Origin: a virus
Lineage: Duplodnaviria > Caudoviricetes
Direction: 5' to 3' (one strand)
Length of the DNA stretch: 64,000 bases
IMG/VR virus record: IMGVR_UViG_3300047557_002741
Coordinates: 1-64,000 of that record
Part shown: in pieces, positions 8,535 to 18,530 of the stretch
How positions within the stretch are numbered: the stretch's first letter is position 1
Layout of the letters: every line of letters starts with the position of its first letter
Program-made: the position numbers and the translations under genes
The notes under the pieces: generated by a model
Database searches by the model: none
Seen by the model: the letters and a program-made list of their open reading frames with translations, nothing else
What the model was told of the DNA's origin: nothing

Positions 8535-11207
8535 TTATTTTGCCCCTAATGCGATAATAAATGGTGTTACTGTATTTAGCAGACTGCGCTCAAATGCTCT
8601 TCCACGAATGGTACCTGTTGCTTGATCAATAATTAAATCTTCACCAATAGCAAAGTTACCATCCTGGTCTGTACTTGTATAAACAACTTCACCGCCGTTT
8701 ATTTTAATAACTTCATTTGCCTGAATTGTCACACCACCAGTTGAAGGTCTTGCAAATTCAATAGTATTTCCTGCGCCAATATATTCAAAAGAATGTGAAG
8801 AAACAATTTGCAAACTTTGACGAGAAAGAAATACTGTTGTTCCAATTCCAACTTCGTTATTAAGTGATTGAGCAAGTGTTACTGTAGAAATTCCCCCAGA
8901 AGGAGCAGTTGCAGATCTAACCTGATAATAAACAGGTCTAAAGTTTGCAACTCCGGTCGCAGTGTTTATACCAGACTGAGGAGCACTAAAAGTAACAATT
9001 CCAATATTATCAATTGAACGATAATTTCTACCATTACCAATCATATTTACTGCAACAACAGATCCGTTTGATATATCAGTAAATGCTTCTGCAATAATTT
9101 CAGATGGTCCTGTTGGAGTAGCAAATGTTATAGTTGGTGCTTCAGTATAACCAGAACCACCATTAGTAATAGTTACACTTTCAATCTCATAGTACAATTC
9201 GCCAAAATACAATGCTTGTCCAGAATAAGGTCTTTGATTTCCTATTCCGCTGATTACAAATGAAACATCGCCTTCTGATGCATTTTGAGAAACTTCTCCA
9301 GTATAATGATATGAAGAAAGAGTTGTTGCATCAGATACTCCCTCGGAAACCAAACCTTTGGTTCCAAAAGATGAGTTTGAGTTAGTAATATCACACTGAC
9401 CACCAGAACCAGTATATATTGCAATATCATCACAGATAGTAAATATAGAAACTAATTGAGTATATGCACCATTTGTGATTGAAACTCCAATTCCACCTTG
9501 ATTATATTGAGTATAAGAATCAACACTCATCATTCCTGTGATTCCCATATCATCTTTATCACCAGGATCTGCGTTGAATCCATCAGCTTTCATTCCAATA
9601 CTGTTTGGAATGAAATTAGTGCAGTTACGAACATAAGGACCCTTTGTTACATTTCCAACTCCTTGTGATGGACTCGAAGATGGATCAAGAATACCAGAAT
9701 TAAAAGCACCATCATTGCCAGGATAATTAGTAGTAATTCCAGAGGCATTAAACCCAACATCAATAATTGTAGTGACAACACCAACGCAAGAATAAATTGC
9801 AGAAACTACATTCGCACAACCATCAATACTTTGATTTCCATATGCACCATCTGGTTGCATACTCAAATCTCTGACTTGAGTAAATTCGCTTTGATAATTT
9901 CCTGTCCATAAAACATTATTAATACAGGATTTTGCAATTCCAGCAGAATAATTGAGGACATCAATTATCTCAGATGAAAATCCAACATATTGTGTATAGT
10001 GAGTAATTCCAACTCCAACACATTTTGAATTTCCACCTCTAGTAATATCGTGACAAACTGCTCTAAATGCAGTTTTAATTCCACTGGTCACAGTAGAAAC
10101 TCCAGCAGACAAAACTAAAGCAGGAGATTTGTAATCAGTGCTTGTTAAATAACCAACTGCTTCTGATGCAATAAAATCTAAATTATAACGAATCATTCTT
10201 GCTGCATCAAAAAATCTATCAGATGCAACACCTACAAGAGGTTTAAATGCAACTACCGCTGCTCCATTAGTTGCACTTTGTCCTTGGAATGATAAATCCG
10301 TTAAGTGTGTTCCATTTGTGACCCAAAATAAATCAGATCCAGGATTTAAAGGAGTCACTATACAGTTTCTTAATTCCGCTCCCTCAATAGAAACATTTTC
10401 TGGAAGTGTAATTGGATTATCCTCAATATAAGTTCCAGGAGAAACTTTTACAGTATCTCCAGAACTTGTGATTCCAACAGCATTTTTAATTGTTTTTTTA
10501 GCAGCATTGAGACTTAATCCATCTTTACTATCATCTCCATTCATTGCAACATAAACAGTTTTTCCTGGAGGATTGTCAATTGGTTCTATAGTAATATTAA
10601 CTTTATTGGCAGAAGCACTTGTAACAGTTACTCCGTTACCAACAAAATTAAAAATATTAACGTCATTTGCTACAGTTACATTGTTTTTTTGGACAGTAAT
10701 GCCTATACCAGAGATGGGAAGTACATCATTAGTGATAATTTCAACAACTTCACCTCCAAAACAAGGTTCATTTAATATAATTTGATTACCAGTGTCGTCA
10801 TTAAATTCACTAGAATTAAGTTTTACGCCATTTATGTAAACTTCTACGTTATTTGGTAAAAAATCTAAATCATAAAAAGTAGTTTGTCCAGGAAATGCAT
10901 AGACAATATTAGAGTTTCTTACGTATTTTTTCCAGGTTACTCCAACACCTGTAGAAATTAAAAAAGCTCCAGCAAGTCCAGAATCTTCTCCGGTTATAAT
11001 TTTTCCGGATAAATTTAAATCATTAATAAATGCAGTATCAGGAACGTGTAAACCACTGCTAATTCCAACATCACCCTCTACATTAAGAATATACTGTAAA
11101 TTATTTGTGGTACCAATACCTACTTTATTATCTTCTGCATTAGCAAAGATTAAGTTGTTATCAACTTCTAGTCCGTGTTTGACGACAAAATTCTTATTAA
11201 TTGCCAT
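8535..11207 (-). CDS. Tail fibre/baseplate-associated protein with pectin-lyase-like beta-helix
   Basis: N-terminal KNFVVKHGLEV; YVA.NGDD..DG...AKKTIKNA...GDTVKVSPGTYIE motif. Confidence 0.7.
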   Translation of the reverse strand: MAINKNFVVKHGLEVDNNLIFANAEDNKVGIGTTNNLQYILNVEGDVGISSGLHVPDTAFINDLNLSGKIITGEDSGLAGAFLISTGVGVTWKKYVRNSNIVYAFPGQTTFYDLDFLPNNVEVYINGVKLNSSEFNDDTGNQIILNEPCFGGEVVEIITNDVLPISGIGITVQKNNVTVANDVNIFNFVGNGVTVTSASANKVNITIEPIDNPPGKTVYVAMNGDDSKDGLSLNAAKKTIKNAVGITSSGDTVKVSPGTYIEDNPITLPENVSIEGAELRNCIVTPLNPGSDLFWVTNGTHLTDLSFQGQSATNGAAVVAFKPLVGVASDRFFDAARMIRYNLDFIASEAVGYLTSTDYKSPALVLSAGVSTVTSGIKTAFRAVCHDITRGGNSKCVGVGITHYTQYVGFSSEIIDVLNYSAGIAKSCINNVLWTGNYQSEFTQVRDLSMQPDGAYGNQSIDGCANVVSAIYSCVGVVTTIIDVGFNASGITTNYPGNDGAFNSGILDPSSSPSQGVGNVTKGPYVRNCTNFIPNSIGMKADGFNADPGDKDDMGITGMMSVDSYTQYNQGGIGVSITNGAYTQLVSIFTICDDIAIYTGSGGQCDITNSNSSFGTKGLVSEGVSDATTLSSYHYTGEVSQNASEGDVSFVISGIGNQRPYSGQALYFGELYYEIESVTITNGGSGYTEAPTITFATPTGPSEIIAEAFTDISNGSVVAVNMIGNGRNYRSIDNIGIVTFSAPQSGINTATGVANFRPVYYQVRSATAPSGGISTVTLAQSLNNEVGIGTTVFLSRQSLQIVSSHSFEYIGAGNTIEFARPSTGGVTIQANEVIKINGGEVVYTSTDQDGNFAIGEDLIIDQATGTIRGRAFERSLLNTVTPFIIALGAK

Positions 11208-11241
11208 CGGGTTTCACTCTCCACCCCTTTTTATTATTAGT

Positions 11242-11249
11242 TATTTATA
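11242..11249 (-). promoter_or_regulatory. T4-type late promoter TATAAATA
   Basis: Exact TATAAATA about 35 nt upstream of the ATG at 11207. Confidence 0.75.
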
Positions 11250-11270
11250 AGTTTTTAAGTTTGTTAAAAA

Positions 11271-14200
11271 TTAAGAACTAGCGCCTTTTATAATAGAAAA
11301 ATTAATCACTGGAGCAGCTGCTGATGTTTGTGCAGATGGAGTATAGATAGCAATTTTAAATGACCCAGAGTTCACCTCAGAAACATAAATGATATATTGT
11401 CCAGCCGATCCACCGGACTTATGATTAACTATTATTGTATCTGTTGCATCAACCAAATTATTAGAAACAGTAAATACATCAACAAGACCTGAAGTAGTTG
11501 TTTTACTAAATGATGTTATAGATCCAGTCAATGCGTTTAACGTTACAGTATTAGTACGCGCTCCAGTCTGAATTACAGATCCTCCAGATCCAGATGCATA
11601 TCCAACACCTATACCGATTTTACCAAATTTTTGCCATTCATTACTGCTAGTATAAACCCATCCAAGATAATCAACATTAGATGGATTTGAATTATACTGA
11701 ACATCACCGGGATTGCCAGCAAAAGATGGTGTTGAAATACCTACAGTATATTTTCTAGAAATATCAACATCACCTTGAAGATACAATGAATTTGCTTCAA
11801 TACCTTTTAATGAAGTAGAGGTAATTTTATTATTAAAAACAACAGGTCCATCAAATTCAGAAACAATATTTGAATCAGGACCACCTTCAACTCTTAAAGA
11901 ACGACTAATTGATGCCTCAAGTGGAGTAAGAACATCAAATCCTACATTAACTCCACCAATTCCAAGATCTTCACCGGTAACAGTTGGAATAGGAGCATCA
12001 AAAACTTCTTCTTGTCCTGTTGCAGAATTAACTTTTTTATTTCCAGTGTAAAAATCTCCATCAGCATTCATTGCAGTAAAGATTGCAATACCACCATCAG
12101 TTTTGGTGCATTGTGCTAACAATTCTTCTTGTGGAGAAAGATTTCTATCTTGTCTTTCAGGAAATGCGGTGGAATAATTACCAGGTCCATAACCAAGATA
12201 TTCAAATGTATGAGCAGAGGCACGAATGAGAGAATTCCTACGAAGTTCAATTGGACGTGGTTTAATTCTTTTTACAACAGCACCAGAATTATGAGTAGAT
12301 GTTCTAGTTCCAAGTAATCCACGATATACAGTAACTGGATTCCCAGTCACATCAGTTCTAATTCTCATAATTTCATTATCTATGAGCAAATAATCGCCAA
12401 TATTAAAATTAAAGTTAGTTACATTTGAAATTGAAATAGTGGAAGCAGAAATTGTAACTGATGCAGAAATTGTAGTTGTAATTCCAGCATATTCAGCAAT
12501 TAAACGACCGGAAGTATTTTCAGTTGTAGGAAGAATATTTCCACCAAACGAAGAATATGCTGGAGAATAAACAAAAATAGTTCCAGAAGTTGATGGTGTA
12601 GGAGTGCTTATTCCAGCATTAATTGTAAATGAAGTTGTTGTTCCAACGCTTTTAATTATGAAATCATTATTAAATAAATTATTGTTTGCTCCACCAAGAC
12701 GAATTTTATTATCAACTTGCAATCCGTGACTTTGTGGTGTTACGACAGTTGCAATTCCTGTAGTATTATTATGTGTTAAGGAGAAAACATTTAATGTTCT
12801 ACCAGTAAGAATTACGTTTGCAGTAGAAGCAACTGTTAAACCAATACCAGTGGTAGAAGCAGACGAAACAGTAGATGCCGATGAAACTACAATTTGTTTT
12901 GGACTATTAACCGCAGTAATTCTATAAAGAGTATTATAATTCGAATAAGAACTTGGTGAAATTCCTTCAACACTTACAGTGTCATTAAGATTATTATAAA
13001 TGGAACTGACAGTCAAATATCCTTGTTTATGCCCTGTTGTTGTCGCAATACCAACCAATGCCAGGGTATTTCCAATTCCATATGCACTACCACCATCAAT
13101 AATCTTAACAGAAGAAATAACACCACCACTTACAGTAACTCTTGCTGTTGCATGAGATCCAGTTGTTGATCCAGCAAATCCAACAAGATTTACATTATAA
13201 TAGTTTCCATTAACATAATTTGCTCCAGCACTTGTTATTCCAACTCGTGTAATTCTATTAAACCCATGATCAATAGAAGTATAAAAAGTATGTGAAGTTC
13301 CCGAAGAATTTGATATGATTTGTGTTAATCCAACACCAACACCAGTATCAACAAGTTGCTTTGATACATTTTCCTTTGTGATCGAATATTGAGGTTCATT
13401 AATTACAACTTGACCTATTGTATCGGGAAGAGCAAAGGATGTTGCTGCTTGTGGATCTGATGTAGGATTATCTCTATTTGTTTGAGGATAAAGACTTTGA
13501 ACAGGTTGAGAAAACCTTGTAGAATCAAAAGGAGAAACTGATGGAGAATTAGACGAATTTAAAACTAAAAGATGATAGATGCCATCTTGTTTTCCGGAAA
13601 CATATTCTTGAATTTCCTGACTTCTATAAATGTAATAAGTTCCAGGTGTTTTCTTTTTCTTAAAATATGGAAGTGCAGTTGTTCTTGCAGAAGTATCGTT
13701 TGTAAAAGTTCCTGGATCGTCTGTAATTGAAACACTAAATTGTTTTGAACTACTAATTCCAGTAACTGTAGCAGTTCCATTATATCCAGAATTAATGGCA
13801 CCTGTGGTATTATTAGTACTCTTAACATTAATAATCTCTACTTCAGATCCTACATTTAAGTCATGCGGAATTTCAGTAATAATATTAGCAGTTCCACCTG
13901 ACCAATTTGTACTTGCAATGTATCTTGGATTTCTTAATTCTTCTACACTAGATAAAGATGCTGGGGTTGAATTATAAAGATAATTAACTTCAGTATTTGT
14001 TAAACCGATAGAAGAATTAGATTCTTGAATAACATAACCATCAATTGGTGGTCTTGCATTATTTGAAGAGGAAGGAATAACATAGCGTAAACGATAAATC
14101 TTATCAATTAGACCTCTATTATCTGGTTTTCTATTGATATAGGACCTTGGAGTTGCTTGTCCAAGACCAGAGGTTCCTAATGAATTAATAATGTTATAGA

Positions 14201-16454
14201 GAGATCTTTCAGTAGATGCTGTTGCTACATTAATATACCATTGTCCTTGAGTAGAATCATATTGTATAGGATGCCCTATATTTCCTGGTTTTTTATCATT
14301 AACTCTACTAGAAACATTCAAAATTCCACCTTTATTATTCAAAGTAATTGCACTATCACTTAGTGCATCATTAAGAGTTTGTGCTATTTTAATTTGATTT
14401 GCACTTAAAGATGGAGTTGAAGAAGTAATTGCATAATAAACAGTATTATGTGTAAGACCATCGGGAATTTGTCCGTTTTCACTAATTACTCGAACAGATT
14501 CTCCATTAATAAAATTATGATCAGACGTTAATGTTAAAATGTTGCTAGAAATACTATTAACACCAACATTACTTCTACCAACTACAAATTTTTTCTCTGC
14601 ACTAATTTCATTTCCAGTATATTGAGTATTCGGCATAATAATTCTTGCCGAATATATGGATGAAATTCCACTCTGAGAAATTAGTACATTTAGTTGATCA
14701 TTTTCTCTAGCACCAACTCTATACCCATCATAAACATGTTCAGGTGGAACTGATTCATTTTTTTCATTATAAAGATATAATCTATTTGTAGACGCAACTC
14801 CAACAGTTTTTGCTACATCAAAAGCAAGAAATTCTACTCTAACTTCAGAACTTTCATTTTCTTTTGGTGGAATGATATGTGTAATATAACCTACATCATC
14901 TCTAAGAAATGCATCTTTTCTAAATCCAGATGCAACAAGAGATTTTGCACCAAAATTAGAGTTTGAATTATTAATTGATTGATCACCACCAGATTCAGAA
15001 AGAAAATGATTTGCAAATCCAATTGCAAAAACAGAAACTACTTGAATATATGCCTCATTAGAACATTTGATATGATAATTTTCATAAGATGGTTTAAATT
15101 TTGCTCTAGAATCTGATTGAATATTTTCATTTCCGGAAGCAGTATTATCTTGATATACTCCAGAAGTCGAATTATATTTCACAAAAGCATTGCTATCTTT
15201 TTGTAATCCAATTCCAGTGAATTGTGCAATAACCATGCTTTTAAATCCTGCTGCTTTATCACCATCAGCATGTAATCCACACATTCCATATACAGAACGC
15301 ATGGAAATATTAAAAACATATGGAGATGCCGAAGTAACAGTATCTACTGATATATTAACAGTTGCTCCAGTGACTGTAGGAAGTGGATTTTCCGGAGCAT
15401 TTTGAACTTTGTATTGAATATTAGTGGAGTCTACTTTATTAAAAACAACATATTGACCATCATAACCAGAAGCATCAACACCTTGAATTTGAATTGGAGT
15501 ATCTACATCAAATTCTGTTGCATCTTCATCTAAAGTTACTGTAATTGTTGTTGAAGATAAGAGTCCATTACCTGCACGAATACTTGTGATTCCAACTTCT
15601 TCACCTCTAGATCCTACGATGCGATATTCATCAACTTTAGTCTGAATATCAAGACCAGAAGAAGGATAATCTGGTTCAATTTTTCTTCCAGAAGAAGGTC
15701 CATATGCAAGACCAACTTTCTCATAATACATATCCAAATCGGTTCTATCATAAGATAAACCTAATGGATAAAAAGTATCTTTAATTTTTACATTATTCAC
15801 ACCATCTGCATATTCAAATGCAGTTAGTTTATGATGCGAAAAATTAGGAACAAATGCAGTTGTTGTATAATCTAAGTAACAAACGTCATTTGGATCTGCA
15901 TCCAAAACTGAAAATTGCCAGAAATAACATCCGCCAGTTACACGAAAAATAGCAGATCTTTCAATGTTATCGTTTTCGGGATTTGGAACATACTTTGGAC
16001 GAATTCTAGTTTTACGAAGATCCATACCAATGATTGATGTACCACGAGGTACAATCACACCACCATGAATACTATTTAACTTATAAAGAACATTGTCTGA
16101 TCTCGTAAGATCAAATTTGGTAGTTAAATCCCATGCACCAAAATCACTACTACTTTGACCATTTCTTAATCTGTAATTATTTGATCCATCAGGAATCCAT
16201 CCCGGACGATTATCTACAATATGATCACCAGGATAAAGAACGATTGTCGTCTTATTAAATCTATCGTTATCTAATCCAATTTGATAGGAAAATCTTGCTG
16301 CCTCTACAAGAGCACGTTGTAAAGTTTTAAATGGTCTTGTAAGAGAATTTCCTTGATTCTCAATACTATCTGTAGAATCAAGACTATTTGGATCAACATA
16401 GATAATCGTCCCTCTCACTGATTTGAGGAAATTATCAAGACGACTTAATCCCAT
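11271..16454 (-). CDS. Large virion structural protein (baseplate/tail fibre), 1727 aa
   Basis: MGLSRLDNFLK..G..IYVDP...RPFKTLQRAL.EAARFSY N-terminus characteristic of large cyanomyovirus structural proteins. Confidence 0.75.
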   Translation of the reverse strand: MGLSRLDNFLKSVRGTIIYVDPNSLDSTDSIENQGNSLTRPFKTLQRALVEAARFSYQIGLDNDRFNKTTIVLYPGDHIVDNRPGWIPDGSNNYRLRNGQSSSDFGAWDLTTKFDLTRSDNVLYKLNSIHGGVIVPRGTSIIGMDLRKTRIRPKYVPNPENDNIERSAIFRVTGGCYFWQFSVLDADPNDVCYLDYTTTAFVPNFSHHKLTAFEYADGVNNVKIKDTFYPLGLSYDRTDLDMYYEKVGLAYGPSSGRKIEPDYPSSGLDIQTKVDEYRIVGSRGEEVGITSIRAGNGLLSSTTITVTLDEDATEFDVDTPIQIQGVDASGYDGQYVVFNKVDSTNIQYKVQNAPENPLPTVTGATVNISVDTVTSASPYVFNISMRSVYGMCGLHADGDKAAGFKSMVIAQFTGIGLQKDSNAFVKYNSTSGVYQDNTASGNENIQSDSRAKFKPSYENYHIKCSNEAYIQVVSVFAIGFANHFLSESGGDQSINNSNSNFGAKSLVASGFRKDAFLRDDVGYITHIIPPKENESSEVRVEFLAFDVAKTVGVASTNRLYLYNEKNESVPPEHVYDGYRVGARENDQLNVLISQSGISSIYSARIIMPNTQYTGNEISAEKKFVVGRSNVGVNSISSNILTLTSDHNFINGESVRVISENGQIPDGLTHNTVYYAITSSTPSLSANQIKIAQTLNDALSDSAITLNNKGGILNVSSRVNDKKPGNIGHPIQYDSTQGQWYINVATASTERSLYNIINSLGTSGLGQATPRSYINRKPDNRGLIDKIYRLRYVIPSSSNNARPPIDGYVIQESNSSIGLTNTEVNYLYNSTPASLSSVEELRNPRYIASTNWSGGTANIITEIPHDLNVGSEVEIINVKSTNNTTGAINSGYNGTATVTGISSSKQFSVSITDDPGTFTNDTSARTTALPYFKKKKTPGTYYIYRSQEIQEYVSGKQDGIYHLLVLNSSNSPSVSPFDSTRFSQPVQSLYPQTNRDNPTSDPQAATSFALPDTIGQVVINEPQYSITKENVSKQLVDTGVGVGLTQIISNSSGTSHTFYTSIDHGFNRITRVGITSAGANYVNGNYYNVNLVGFAGSTTGSHATARVTVSGGVISSVKIIDGGSAYGIGNTLALVGIATTTGHKQGYLTVSSIYNNLNDTVSVEGISPSSYSNYNTLYRITAVNSPKQIVVSSASTVSSASTTGIGLTVASTANVILTGRTLNVFSLTHNNTTGIATVVTPQSHGLQVDNKIRLGGANNNLFNNDFIIKSVGTTTSFTINAGISTPTPSTSGTIFVYSPAYSSFGGNILPTTENTSGRLIAEYAGITTTISASVTISASTISISNVTNFNFNIGDYLLIDNEIMRIRTDVTGNPVTVYRGLLGTRTSTHNSGAVVKRIKPRPIELRRNSLIRASAHTFEYLGYGPGNYSTAFPERQDRNLSPQEELLAQCTKTDGGIAIFTAMNADGDFYTGNKKVNSATGQEEVFDAPIPTVTGEDLGIGGVNVGFDVLTPLEASISRSLRVEGGPDSNIVSEFDGPVVFNNKITSTSLKGIEANSLYLQGDVDISRKYTVGISTPSFAGNPGDVQYNSNPSNVDYLGWVYTSSNEWQKFGKIGIGVGYASGSGGSVIQTGARTNTVTLNALTGSITSFSKTTTSGLVDVFTVSNNLVDATDTIIVNHKSGGSAGQYIIYVSEVNSGSFKIAIYTPSAQTSAAAPVINFSIIKGASS

Positions 16455-16495
16455 TTTTATTACTTTATAAGTTCCGTTATGGATTATTTATCATA

Positions 16496-16522
16496 CAAGA
16501 AAACCTCCTAGAAGGAGGTTCT
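16496..16522 (-). terminator. Intrinsic terminator after Mom-like gene, followed by late-promoter-like GATAAATA
   Basis: AACCTCC-TTCTA-GGAGGTT stem followed by TTCTT on the minus strand. Confidence 0.6.
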
Positions 16523-16540
16523 CAGGTCACACTTTTTGGG

Positions 16541-17194
16541 TCACTGTAACGATTCAGTATCGTCTTTTTTATTATACCACCTCTGCTCTTCCCATGTCAA
16601 CTTTTTTTTCAGTTCTTTATCAAATATCATTAAGTATCTGTGCTTCCTACTTCTTTCTCTCCACTCACCCTCTAATCCTTTGATAGGACCTCTTGAGTGT
16701 TTTAGAAAAGAACCATCAGGTTGCTTAATCCAAAAATCCGATTTCTTATCAGTTAAACCGTGATAAGTAAAATTGCAAGCTCTGTATATAGTTCCAAGGT
16801 GGTGATTAGCATCAGCGTAACTAAGAATACAAGAAACGCGGGCATCTTTTCTAAATCTCCTTATACAACGACTGACGAACCAAGATGTGATATTATACTC
16901 TTCTTTTTGAATATCTGGATGTATACAAAGTCGTGAGAGTTCGTAGATACCCTCTTGTTGATTTCTTTCTAGACCAAATGCACCGACTGCTATTTCTGGA
17001 ACTGGGAGACCGCTAAAAATGCAACAACCAACAGACCCGCCAATATTAAGGATGTCTGTGAATGATTTGCGGTAGAGTGAGTAATTATATCCACTTTTGA
17101 AATCTTTTGATTCGTCTTTAAGATAATGATGAGTATAAAGAAGTTCTTTAATTTCTTCTTTACTTACCTTATCTATATAAAAATCTGATTTCAT
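16541..17194 (-). CDS. Mom-like (GNAT-fold) DNA modification protein
   Basis: ELSRL...SWFVSRC...ILSYAD..H.GTIY.A.NF.Y.G resembles the phage Mu Mom family. Confidence 0.65.
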   Translation of the reverse strand: MKSDFYIDKVSKEEIKELLYTHHYLKDESKDFKSGYNYSLYRKSFTDILNIGGSVGCCIFSGLPVPEIAVGAFGLERNQQEGIYELSRLCIHPDIQKEEYNITSWFVSRCIRRFRKDARVSCILSYADANHHLGTIYRACNFTYHGLTDKKSDFWIKQPDGSFLKHSRGPIKGLEGEWRERSRKHRYLMIFDKELKKKLTWEEQRWYNKKDDTESLQ

Positions 17195-17204
17195 CTAAGT
17201 ATTT

Positions 17205-17378
17205 CTACTCACTTTGTTTGCATTCTAACATATATTCTACAGTGTTTGCTACATCATTCATAGCATCACGCAAAAATGGTTGTTGACCAGATTCTTGCTT
17301 AAGGATTGGTCGTGAGTCATCAGTAAGAATCCAGCGCCATTGTTGCATGTTCTTACAATACCAGAGATTAATTTTCAT
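17205..17378 (-). CDS. Hypothetical phage protein (MKINLWYC...)
   Basis: Likely start at ATG 17378 overlapping the end of the upstream ORF. Confidence 0.6.
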   Translation of the reverse strand: MKINLWYCKNMQQWRWILTDDSRPILKQESGQQPFLRDAMNDVANTVEYMLECKQSE

Positions 17379-17526
17379 GTTTGAAATATTCGAGTTCGAC
17401 CCAGTTAAGGAGAGTTTGGAATGCTGTAATGGAAGCATTCGTGCAGTTATCATCCTTAAGTTTTTGAACATAATATTCAAGTGCCTCAATGACCATTTGA
17501 CGGTCTTGTTGTGAAATTAATGACAT
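17368..17526 (-). CDS. Small hypothetical protein, 52 aa (MSLISQQDRQMVIEALEYY...)
   Basis: ORF read manually; fills the gap between tRNA-Thr and the next gene. Confidence 0.55.
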   Translation of the reverse strand: MSLISQQDRQMVIEALEYYVQKLKDDNCTNASITAFQTLLNWVELEYFKHEN

Positions 17527-17546
17527 TTGGAGTTTTATAGAACTCA

Positions 17547-17619
17547 AGCCCCCACTCGGATTCGAACCGAGGACCGCTCGCTTACAAGGCGAGTGCTCTG
17601 GCCACTGAGCTATAGAGGC
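17547..17619 (-). tRNA. tRNA-Thr(UGU), no encoded CCA
   Basis: Cloverleaf: acceptor GCCTCTA/TGGGGGC, anticodon arm CTCGC-CT-TGT-AA-GCGAG, T loop TTCGAAT. Confidence 0.92.
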
Positions 17620-17621
17620 AT

Positions 17622-17891
17622 TTAATCAACAGGCAACATTTCTGGATTTTCCAGATCTAACTCATAAAGCAAAGGATGGCATTCTTCAAGCATTAGATAA
17701 TATGATGCTTGATATAAATCCTCTGGTTCATATCGTCTTTCGTTATCTGCTAATTTGATTAACTCCAAGTCGAATAATGAATCGTCAGGGAGTTCATCAA
17801 AAGTAAAAGGAATTTGGTTTATAAAGTACATTAAAACAATTTGTCTTCCGCGATTGTACCAGACATATGCGGCATCAATTCTGTACTTCAT
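17622..17891 (-). CDS. Hypothetical cyanophage protein
   Basis: 89-aa ORF between the two tRNAs. Confidence 0.65.
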   Translation of the reverse strand: MKYRIDAAYVWYNRGRQIVLMYFINQIPFTFDELPDDSLFDLELIKLADNERRYEPEDLYQASYYLMLEECHPLLYELDLENPEMLPVD

Positions 17892-17935
17892 AGGAGTTTT
17901 CCTACTACTTTTGATTATTTAGAGGTTAAACCTCA

Positions 17936-18008
17936 TACCCGTGGTGAGATTCGAACTCACGCTTGCGAAATTTTAAGTTTCGTGCCTCTTCCGCTGGGCT
18001 ACACGGGC
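17936..18008 (-). tRNA. tRNA-Leu(UAA) with a short variable loop
   Basis: Acceptor GCCCGTG/CACGGGT plus A73; anticodon arm CGAAA-CT-TAA-AA-TTTCG; T arm GTGAG-TTCGAAT-CTCAC; 73 nt. Confidence 0.85.
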
Positions 18009-18016
18009 ATAAAAAC

Positions 18017-18196
18017 TCAAAAAAGATTGAGTTGATTGTTAGAGTCTACCACATAAGTTGGAGAATGTAAACGGCAGTATTCATTAAACGTAATCTTCAT
18101 TTCTTTGTTGGTAAGATTACAGTTTTTTGCTGCCGTTGGTACATTCCATTTTGCTGCGAACAGCATTTCCATTGATTCTCGTGTTTCTGGACGCAT
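18017..18196 (-). CDS. Small hypothetical protein, 59 aa (MRPETRESMEMLFAAKWNVPTAA...)
   Basis: ORF read manually; just under the ORF-track cutoff. Confidence 0.6.
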   Translation of the reverse strand: MRPETRESMEMLFAAKWNVPTAAKNCNLTNKEMKITFNEYCRLHSPTYVVDSNNQLNLF

Positions 18197-18200
18197 TTTT

Positions 18201-18253
18201 AAAAAAGTATCGTGTGAGAATTTTTGCCGGGATTTTTTTCGACCAAAAATGAA
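18201..18253. repeat. Dispersed intergenic element, copy 1
   Basis: aaaaaagta-N-aatttttgccggga-ttttt-accaaaaatgaa; matches 37282-37334. Confidence 0.7.
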
Positions 18254-18255
18254 AC

Positions 18256-18438
18256 TTAAAGTGGATTTGCATATGAGAGAGTCTCTTCATCCACTGTAGC
18301 ACGAACAAATTCTAACACATTCATAAACTCTTCAATCGTATCACAGGACACTTGCTTTTCTGACCCCTCATTTGAGTAAAGATACACAGATCGCTTAAGT
18401 GGGTCAACGACGCATCGTGCCAGGTACTCATCTTGCAT
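18256..18438 (-). CDS. Hypothetical cyanophage protein
   Basis: 60-aa ORF downstream of a sigma70-type promoter. Confidence 0.65.
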   Translation of the reverse strand: MQDEYLARCVVDPLKRSVYLYSNEGSEKQVSCDTIEEFMNVLEFVRATVDEETLSYANPL

Positions 18439-18464
18439 TCGGTTCGTTTCGTGATTACCTAAGT

Positions 18465-18493
18465 ATCATAGCACTTTGGGTTGGCAGCGTCAA
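18465..18493 (-). promoter_or_regulatory. Sigma70-type (early) promoter
   Basis: TTGACG-N17-TATGAT. Confidence 0.7.
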
Positions 18494-18530
18494 GACCATA
18501 ACTAGGTATGTAGATTAAACTTACTTATGT

